A model generated the notes under the pieces. It was not told the origin of the DNA and did not search any database. It was given only the letters and a program-made list of their open reading frames with translations. A DNA stretch of 56,418 bases from an uncultured Candidatus Saccharibacteria bacterium (GTDB lineage: Bacteria; Patescibacteriota; Minisyncoccia; Phycocordibacterales; JACOZG01), in assembly GCA_964564105.1 (NCBI GenBank), contig CAZLZS010000003.1, positions 1 through 56,418 on the forward strand. The letters are read 5' to 3'. A program made the translations under genes and the position numbers. Positions 26,505 to 32,795 of the stretch are shown piece by piece. Each line of letters begins with the position of its first letter. Positions within the stretch are counted from its first letter, which is position 1.

Positions 26505-26807
26505 CTAACGGGCTGTAGCCCGTTAGAAGCGCTTATGTTTTACGTTTACATTTTGCAAAGTAAAAGTGATGGTGGGTGGTATACCGGCTATACTCCAGAT
26601 TTGAGAGAAAGAATTTTAGCGCACAATGCTGGAAAAGTCAGATCAACAAAGTCTCGTGTGCCGCTAAGTTTGCTTTATTATGAAGCATGCCATAATTTAC
26701 ATGATGCCCGGGCGAGAGAACGTTATCTTAAAACAGGAATGGGCAAAAGATATTTGAAACAGCGCTTAAAATTCTTTCTCAAAAACGGCGCTTCTAACGG
26801 GCTGTAG
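26505..26807 (+). mobile_element. Putative GIY-YIG cassette abutting tRNA-Pro(GGG)
   Basis: A 15-bp perfect inverted repeat flanks the ORF: GCCCGTTAGAAGCGC at 26518-26532 and GCGCTTCTAACGGGC at 26788-26802. A 14-nt direct repeat CTAACGGGCTGTAG lies at 26505-26518 and 26794-26807. The right copy contains the first 10 nt of the tRNA. Confidence 0.45.
26535..26807 (+). CDS. Small GIY-YIG nuclease-superfamily protein
   Basis: 90 aa from the ATG at 26535, with MFYVYILQSKSDGGWYTGYTPDLRERILAHNAGK ... ARERYLK. The stop TAG is nt 8-10 of the downstream tRNA. Confidence 0.8.
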   Translation: MFYVYILQSKSDGGWYTGYTPDLRERILAHNAGKVRSTKSRVPLSLLYYEACHNLHDARARERYLKTGMGKRYLKQRLKFFLKNGASNGL

Positions 26808-26868
26808 TATACCGGCAGTACGAGCCGATGGGGTCGGCTTAGACCGAGTTCGATTCTCGGCAGCCCGA
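26798..26868 (+). tRNA. tRNA-Pro (anticodon GGG)
   Basis: The acceptor is CGGGCTG/CAGCCCG, the anticodon stem AGCCG/CGGCT, the loop ATGGGGT and the T-arm CCGAG-TTCGATT-CTCGG. Its first 10 nt overlap the GIY-YIG CDS. Confidence 0.8.
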
Positions 26869-26975
26869 AAATTCCCAGTTGCATTTTCTCGAGCTTGTGC
26901 TAGGATGATTTTGGAATCAGCCGGATTGTCTGGCTGTCATTGGTCTTTGTGAAGATTTAGAAAGGAAGTGAAATC

Positions 26976-27782
26976 ATGCAGTGCGATCAATGTGATGGAA
27001 GGGGTCGGAGATTCGTCACTGAAAGAGTTGTCCAAGGGCACAGTTACGGTCCAGAGACCGAGGGCCACTACGAGAAGTGTTGGCAGTGTGATGGTAGTGG
27101 AGAAACTCGGCCTTTCGACATGAACGAGCAAGAGGTTCTCGATATTCTGGCTAGAGTCGGGGCAGTGATCACTGGCAGCCATATCGTCTACACTTCTGGC
27201 AGGCATGGCACGGCGTATGTCAACAAAGATGCCATCTATCCGCACACCGCGGAAACTTCCCGCCTTTGTCGCGCACTCGCCGATCGGTTCGCGAACGACA
27301 GCAGGGTGGAGGTGGTCATCGCTCCGGCCATCGGCGGTGTGATCCTCTCGCAATGGACGGCGCATCATCTTTCCGAGCTTACCGGTCAGGAGGTGCTTGC
27401 GATTTATGCCGAGTATTGGAGAGAGCCCGCTGACGTTTTTGTTATCAAACGTGGCTACGATAAGATTATCACTGGCAAAAACGTTCTGGTGGTGGAAGAT
27501 GTTCTTACCACCGGCAGCTCGGCTAAGAAGGTGATCGAGGCCACACGCGCGGTCGGTGGAAACGTCATCGGTCTCGGCGCTCTCGTGAATCGCGGTGGAA
27601 TTACGGCCGCGGCCATTGGTCTGGAGACCGGACGGCTCGAAGCCCTCGTCAACCTGCCGCTCGACTCGTGGGATGAAAAGGAGTGCTCGCGGACTGGCCC
27701 GTGCTCTCGCGGTGTACCCATTAACACAGATGTTGGCAAGGGGCGTGAATTTCTAGAACGGAGAAAAAGGGATGGATCATAG
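26976..27782 (+). CDS. Type I phosphoribosyltransferase (orotate-PRT-like) with an N-terminal DnaJ-type CxxCxGxG zinc-finger pair
   Basis: 268 aa. The zinc-finger pair is CDQCDGRG and CWQCDGSG. The PRPP-binding loop is VLVVEDVLTTGSS. A Cys-containing C-terminus follows (ECSRTGPCSRGVPI). Confidence 0.7.
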   Translation: MQCDQCDGRGRRFVTERVVQGHSYGPETEGHYEKCWQCDGSGETRPFDMNEQEVLDILARVGAVITGSHIVYTSGRHGTAYVNKDAIYPHTAETSRLCRALADRFANDSRVEVVIAPAIGGVILSQWTAHHLSELTGQEVLAIYAEYWREPADVFVIKRGYDKIITGKNVLVVEDVLTTGSSAKKVIEATRAVGGNVIGLGALVNRGGITAAAIGLETGRLEALVNLPLDSWDEKECSRTGPCSRGVPINTDVGKGREFLERRKRDGS

Positions 27783-27891
27783 ACGATATGGTCTTGTTGA
27801 TGTGTTGATCAGTGCCGCGTTTTTCCTGTTCGCCGTATTAGCAGTTTTCTTTTTTAGAAGAGAGGACCGACCGTAATCGTCCTCGCTAATC

Positions 27892-27917
27892 GCCCCGCCT
27901 TCGGCGGGGCTCATTTT
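27892..27917 (+). terminator. Rho-independent terminator
   Basis: GCCCCGC-CTTCG-GCGGGGC is followed by TCATTTTGT. Confidence 0.6.
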
Positions 27918-27949
27918 GTCTGGCGAGACGAGTTTGTTAGAATAAACCG

Positions 27950-28366
27950 ATGGATAATTTACTGCGGTTCTTGATTGTGGCGACAGCGGGCGGCGGTTTT
28001 GCCGTCGCTTTTTACATTTGGCGCCAGAAACGGCGCGCCGAAGCACTCGTCTGCCCGCTCAATTCCAATTGCGCCACCGTCATCCACAGTCAATATTCGA
28101 CTTTTTTAAGTCTGCCGCTTGAACTCTGGGGGATGGCTTACTATGGACTTGTGGTTTTAACTTATCTCTCTCTCATTCTTTCACCCGCGGCCCGGGCGCT
28201 CAATCTGATACCCCTCATCTCGTGGCTAAGCGTTTTAGCCTTTCTTTTCTCTCTCTACCTAACTTATATTCAAGCCGTCAAACTGCGCGAGTGGTGCACT
28301 TGGTGTTTGATCTCGGCTCTTTTCTGCTCCATAATCTTTCTGACTTCGCTGGCGCTTTATCAATAA
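27950..28366 (+). CDS. Vitamin K epoxide reductase (VKOR) family membrane protein
   Basis: 138 aa with 4 TM helices, a loop Cys pair (CPLNSNC) and the CTWC redox motif in the last helix. Confidence 0.75.
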   Translation: MDNLLRFLIVATAGGGFAVAFYIWRQKRRAEALVCPLNSNCATVIHSQYSTFLSLPLELWGMAYYGLVVLTYLSLILSPAARALNLIPLISWLSVLAFLFSLYLTYIQAVKLREWCTWCLISALFCSIIFLTSLALYQ

Positions 28367-28370
28367 ATTC

Positions 28371-28432
28371 GCGGGAATAGTTTAACGGCAGAATGACTGC
28401 CCTGTCTGCCGACAGGCAGGCTTCCAAGCAGG
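28371..28432 (+). pseudogene. Orphan tRNA-Gly(TCC)-like 5' fragment (acceptor-5', D-arm, anticodon-arm remnant) with a 19-nt hairpin insertion
   Basis: GCGGGAATAGTTTAACGGCAGAATGACTGCC...CTTCCAAGCAGG aligns with GCGGACATAGTATAGTGGCAGTACGGCTGCCTTCCAAGCAGC of the intact tRNA at 28673. No matching 3' acceptor (TTCCCGC) was seen in the flanking sequence by eye. Confidence 0.6.
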
Positions 28433-28436
28433 ATTT

Positions 28437-28682
28437 ATGATACTTGTATATGCGATTTGCGATCGACCCAGTAAAGAAATATATGTTGGTTTGACCAATA
28501 ATTTGGAACGGCGGATTAGAGAACATCGACGGGGTCAAAGTTTCTACACGAGAAGATTTAGAGATTTTGTTGTTTTGTATCAAGAGGAGTATCCTGATTA
28601 TCGTTCGGCACGTAAACGAGAGAAATATCTCAAATCTGGTATTGGTAAGGAGTTTCTTCGCTCCTTAATATCGCGGACATAG
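28437..28682 (+). CDS. Small GIY-YIG nuclease-superfamily protein
   Basis: 81 aa with MILVYAICDRPSKEIYVGLTNNLERRIREHRRGQ ... ARKREKYLKSG. The stop TAG (28680-28682) is nt 8-10 of the downstream tRNA. Confidence 0.8.
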   Translation: MILVYAICDRPSKEIYVGLTNNLERRIREHRRGQSFYTRRFRDFVVLYQEEYPDYRSARKREKYLKSGIGKEFLRSLISRT

Positions 28683-28743
28683 TATAGTGGCAGTACGGCT
28701 GCCTTCCAAGCAGCAGAGGCGAGTCCGATTCTCGCTGTCCGCA
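28673..28743 (+). tRNA. tRNA-Gly (anticodon TCC)
   Basis: The acceptor is GCGGACA/TGTCCGC, the anticodon stem GCTGC/GCAGC, and the loop CTTCCAA. Its first 10 nt overlap the GIY-YIG CDS. Confidence 0.85.
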
Positions 28744-28801
28744 AAATGGGCTCAAGAGATCAGTTTCGCATAATTTTTTTCTTAACCATATTTGCCGTTG
28801 T

Positions 28802-29887
28802 TTGGATAGCGATATTTTTTCCCAGATAGAAAAAGAATCAATCGTCAATATTTCTCAAATTAGTCAAACTAAGCAAGAAAATCTCGCCGCCGTAAGTCCA
28901 ATTATTTCACGGGTTAGAAAAATGTCGCTTGACGAGAAAATTGGACAAATGTTGATTATCGGTTTCGAACATCAATATCTCGATGACCACATTCGTAATA
29001 TGATCACGCGATATCATATTGGCGGAGTTAATCTTCTTGGTAGGAATGTGAGAGACAAAAATCAAGTTAAACAACTCATTGCTGATTTGCAGCGAATAAC
29101 AACCATCCCACTTTTTATTGCTACCGACCAAGAAGGTGGAAAAGTCACTCGTTTTAATTTTTTAAGTGAACTAACACCTCAAATCACAATCAGAAATAAT
29201 CGGCAAGCAGAACAAATTGCCATCAACAGAGCCAAAGAACTGCGAGGACTCGGCGTTAATATGAATTTTTCTCCTGTGTTAGATTATGTTTCTGACAGCA
29301 AATCCTATCTTTACAATCGGACGTTCGGTACTAAACCAGTCACTACCGGAGAATTAGGAAGTGCCATGATTAAAGGTTATAGAAAGGGCGGTATAATCCC
29401 TGTTGCCAAGCATTTTCCAGGATATGGAAATATTTTTCCTGATCCACATAAAAATCAAGCAACACTGGATATTGACAGTGAAGAATTAGAGTCAAATCTA
29501 ATTCCATTCCGGGAAGTCATTGATGATAATTCTGCAATCGCAATTATGACTGCCCACATTTTAATACCAGAAATAGATGAAAGAGTAGCGACACTTTCCT
29601 CCGAATTTCTTAACGAAATTCTTAGAAAACGACTCGGTTTCAATGGGGTCATTATTACTGATGATCTAGAAATGATCTCGGTCGGCAAAACAATCGAGCA
29701 ATCGGCAGTGGATGCTGTCGAAGCCGGCGCGGATATTATCATTAGTACATACACGCCAGAAAAACAAATTAGGATTTTTAATTCCTTAAAGAATTCAGTA
29801 TTGAATGATGGCATAACTGAAGAAAGAATAAATGAGTCCGTGGTCAGAATTCTGAATTTAAAAATTGCTTTCGGATTTTCACCATGA
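28802..29887 (+). CDS. nagZ: Beta-N-acetylhexosaminidase, glycoside hydrolase family 3 (NagZ-like)
   Basis: Contains KIGQMLIIGF, GGVNLLGRNV, ATDQEGGKVTRF and KHFPGYG. The TTG start is uncertain, and the ATG at about 28922 (MSLDEKIGQ) is an alternative. Confidence 0.85.
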   Translation: MDSDIFSQIEKESIVNISQISQTKQENLAAVSPIISRVRKMSLDEKIGQMLIIGFEHQYLDDHIRNMITRYHIGGVNLLGRNVRDKNQVKQLIADLQRITTIPLFIATDQEGGKVTRFNFLSELTPQITIRNNRQAEQIAINRAKELRGLGVNMNFSPVLDYVSDSKSYLYNRTFGTKPVTTGELGSAMIKGYRKGGIIPVAKHFPGYGNIFPDPHKNQATLDIDSEELESNLIPFREVIDDNSAIAIMTAHILIPEIDERVATLSSEFLNEILRKRLGFNGVIITDDLEMISVGKTIEQSAVDAVEAGADIIISTYTPEKQIRIFNSLKNSVLNDGITEERINESVVRILNLKIAFGFSP

Positions 29888-31140
29888 AAGTTTCACCGGA
29901 CCACTATTCGCAAATGCGCCTCGCAATTTTAGGATTCGGCCGGGAGGGGAAGTCAGTGCTCAAATTTTTGAGGCGGGCACCGCCGTATCGGGGCGCTAAA
30001 ATTTTTATTCTCGATCAGAAATTGGATAAAAATTATTTAAAAGATTTGGCGCGTTTTGATCTTATTTTTCGCTCGCCCGGGGTGCCCCATAATCTGCCGG
30101 CGCTCGTCAAAGCCAGAAAAAGGGGAGTCAAGTTTTCCAGCGCCACCAAATTATTTTTTGAACATTGCCCCAGTCCGATCATCGGCATTACCGGCACCAA
30201 GGGTAAGGGGACGGTGGCCACTTTGCTTTATAAAATTTTGCGCGCGGCTGGTAAAAAGACGTATTTGGTCGGCAACATCGGCCGAGCAGCGCTTGATTGC
30301 TTGCCGCGTTTGACTAAACAAGCTCTGGTCGTGTTTGAACTATCAAGTTTCCAACTTCAGGGTTTGGACATTTCACCGTCGGTCGCCGTGATGCTTGATA
30401 TTTTCCCCGATCATCAAGACAGCCACTTTAGTCTCCGCGAGTATTACGCGGCCAAGGGCAATATCGCCCGTTATCAAAACCCCGCTGATACGGTTTTCTT
30501 TTTTTCAAATTCGCCCCGCGCCCGGCACACCGCGCGCCAGAGCCGCGGCCGGAAAATTCCGGTTAATCCGAAAAGTTTTAAGTTGTTTTCGCCGGGCGCT
30601 CTGCCTTTGCTCGGCCGGCATAATTTCCGCAATGCGGTGATGACGGCGATAGTGGCAAGTAAACTGGGCATACCCTCGTCGATAATTACCAAGGTGGTGA
30701 AACGTTTTCGCGGTTTGCCCCACCGTCTGCAATTAGTTCGCCGAATCGGGCAGACAAGTTTTTATGACGATTCGGCCGCGACCAATCCAAGGGCCGCGGC
30801 CGCCGCCCTTGAGGCTTTCGCTGGCAAGCCACTCGCACTCATCGCCGGCGGCCGGGGCAAGAGACTGGATTACGCGCCGCTCGCGGCGGCGATCAAACAT
30901 TCAGAGACCAGGGCTGTCCTGCTTTTTGGCCAAGATCGGAAAGTTTTAGCTCGGGCGCTCCGTCAAACCGGTGTCAAAGTAATTTCAGTTGCCACACTGC
31001 CGCAAGCGGTTCGAAAAATCTCTCGTTTCATCTCCGAAGTGACGGTGGTCTTATTGTCCCCTGGAACCACTAGCCTCGATCAATTTCGAGATTACATTGC
31101 CCGTGGCGACAAATTCCAAGAACTTGTGAGGCGACTTTAA
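29884..31140 (+). CDS. murD: UDP-N-acetylmuramoylalanine--D-glutamate ligase
   Basis: 418 aa with the Mur ligase P-loop GITGTKGKGT and a MurD-type N-terminal Rossmann region. It has a 4-nt overlap with nagZ. Confidence 0.85.
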   Translation: MKVSPDHYSQMRLAILGFGREGKSVLKFLRRAPPYRGAKIFILDQKLDKNYLKDLARFDLIFRSPGVPHNLPALVKARKRGVKFSSATKLFFEHCPSPIIGITGTKGKGTVATLLYKILRAAGKKTYLVGNIGRAALDCLPRLTKQALVVFELSSFQLQGLDISPSVAVMLDIFPDHQDSHFSLREYYAAKGNIARYQNPADTVFFFSNSPRARHTARQSRGRKIPVNPKSFKLFSPGALPLLGRHNFRNAVMTAIVASKLGIPSSIITKVVKRFRGLPHRLQLVRRIGQTSFYDDSAATNPRAAAAALEAFAGKPLALIAGGRGKRLDYAPLAAAIKHSETRAVLLFGQDRKVLARALRQTGVKVISVATLPQAVRKISRFISEVTVVLLSPGTTSLDQFRDYIARGDKFQELVRRL

Positions 31141-31158
31141 TTTGTTACCATAGCGGCA

Positions 31159-32280
31159 ATGAAGAAAATCAGGGACGGACATTTGCGAACTTGGATCGAG
31201 GTTGAGCGCAAGGCAGTGGCGCACAATTACCGCGTGTTCCGGCGGCTCGTCGGTCTGAAGGTGAAGCTGATGGCCGTGGTTAAATCAAACGGCTATGGCC
31301 ACGGTTTGGTGCCGTTTGCCAAATTGCTTTCTCGGCTCGGCGCGGACTGGCTCGGCGTGGATTCAATGGTTGAAGCCGAGCGTCTGCGCGAGGAAGGGCT
31401 GATCATACCGATTCTCGTGCTTGGTTACACTCGGCCGGAAAATTTCGCCCGGGCGGCGTTTGATCAGATCAGTTTGACGATTTCCACTCCGGAATCGCTG
31501 TCGGCGGTCGGCAAATTTGTAAGGCGCGAGCCGATTTTGGGCCGTCAACTTAGACTCCAGCTCAAAGTTGACACCGGCATGCATCGCCAGGGCTTTTTGT
31601 TGGCGGAGTTCCAAAAACTCCAGCCAGTATTTAAATCTAGATCGTGGCAGGGCATTTACAGTCATTTGGCGGCGTCTGAGGGGAAAGCGCGCCCCGCGAC
31701 AAAAGCGCAAATCAGAGAATTTGAAAATTTTTTGTCCCGCGCGCCGAGCCGTCAACTGCTCAAACATCTCGCCGCCACCGGCGGCGCGCTCGCTTACCCG
31801 GAAGCCCGCTTTGACCTAGTCCGAATCGGACTCGGACTCTATGGTCTATGGCCGAACCAGAGTTTGCGTCGCCGCTTTGGGTCAAAAATCAAATTGCACC
31901 CGGCCTTGCAATGGAAAACGGTTATCAGTGAGGTTAAAATTTTGCCGGCTGGCGGACGCGTTGGTTATGATCTGACCGAGAGCGTCAGACCAGGAACTAA
32001 ACTTGCTGTTTGCCCGGTCGGTTACTGGCACGGCTACCCGCGCGCGCTTTCTGGTCTCGGCCGGGTACGGATTAAAAATCAATGGGCCAAGGTCATCGGC
32101 CGCGTCTCGATGGATATGATCACAGTTGATGTCAGCCGCGTAAACAATGCGCGGGTGGGAGACGAGGTGGTCTTAATCGGCAAGGGTTGCCCGGCCGAGC
32201 AACTGGCGCAACTTGCTCACACCTCCAATTACGAAATTGTTACTCGTTTGAATCCATTGATCGAGAGATTTTATATCTAG
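31159..32280 (+). CDS. alr: Alanine racemase
   Basis: 373 aa with the PLP-lysine motif AVVKSNGYGHG and the C-terminal beta domain (GRVSMDMITVDV). Confidence 0.9.
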   Translation: MKKIRDGHLRTWIEVERKAVAHNYRVFRRLVGLKVKLMAVVKSNGYGHGLVPFAKLLSRLGADWLGVDSMVEAERLREEGLIIPILVLGYTRPENFARAAFDQISLTISTPESLSAVGKFVRREPILGRQLRLQLKVDTGMHRQGFLLAEFQKLQPVFKSRSWQGIYSHLAASEGKARPATKAQIREFENFLSRAPSRQLLKHLAATGGALAYPEARFDLVRIGLGLYGLWPNQSLRRRFGSKIKLHPALQWKTVISEVKILPAGGRVGYDLTESVRPGTKLAVCPVGYWHGYPRALSGLGRVRIKNQWAKVIGRVSMDMITVDVSRVNNARVGDEVVLIGKGCPAEQLAQLAHTSNYEIVTRLNPLIERFYI

Positions 32281-32284
32281 AATT

Positions 32285-32314
32285 AAAGAAGACCCGTTGC
32301 GGCGGGTCTTCTTT
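32285..32314. terminator. Bidirectional terminator hairpin between alr and hup
   Basis: AAAGAAGACCCG (32285-32296) pairs with CGGGTCTTCTTT (32303-32314) in a 12-bp stem. A/T runs lie on both sides. Confidence 0.75.
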
Positions 32315-32348
32315 CTGACTTTCAACTTTTCACCTCCAAATTATTTCA

Positions 32349-32621
32349 TTATTTCACCGCATCTTTCAAGGCTTTGGCGGCGCGGAATTTCGGCACCTTC
32401 ATGGCCGCGACCTGGATGGCCTCGCCGGTGCGCGGGTTCCGCGCCGTGCGGGCGGCGCGCTGTTTGGTGGAAAAAATACCCAAACCGGCGATCGAGACTT
32501 CCTCACCCTTCTTTAAGCTGTTGACGATGGCCTCGATTATGGTGTCGACGGCTTGTTCGGCTTGGACCTTGGTTCCGCCAATCTTGTCGTGGACGGCGTC
32601 AATAAGTGATTGTTTATTCAT
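32349..32621 (-). CDS. hup: HU-family DNA-binding protein
   Basis: 90 aa with MNKQSLIDAV..., GLGIFSTKQRAARTARNPRTGEAIQVAAMKVPKFRAAKALKDAV. Confidence 0.95.
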   Translation of the reverse strand: MNKQSLIDAVHDKIGGTKVQAEQAVDTIIEAIVNSLKKGEEVSIAGLGIFSTKQRAARTARNPRTGEAIQVAAMKVPKFRAAKALKDAVK

Positions 32622-32795
32622 AAAATATTGCTGACCGTGGCTTTTAATCGTCGACCATTGTTTATACCGACTAGGGTGATTATACCGTTAAGCCATTTTT
32701 AACGCAACTATCTGTGTATGAATTTTGTTATTGTCTCGATTTTCGTGTTATGATGAATATTATCAATATATTAACCTTAACTAATCGAATCAACT

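Noticed and set aside
26026-26508. 160-aa ORF overlapping the lipoprotein ORF in another frame
   Set aside because: The 115-aa frame has a signal peptide with a lipobox and ends before the terminator. The 160-aa frame reads through the terminator hairpin and is Arg/Ser/Gly-rich.
28371-28743. Idea that the tRNA fragment, the GIY-YIG ORF and the tRNA form one intron-containing tRNA gene (group I intron with a homing endonuclease)
   Set aside because: The downstream tRNA is complete by itself, with its own 5' acceptor pairing to its 3' end. The upstream fragment has no complementary 3' acceptor (TTCCCGC). I also could not see group I core elements, so I report it as a duplicated fragment instead.
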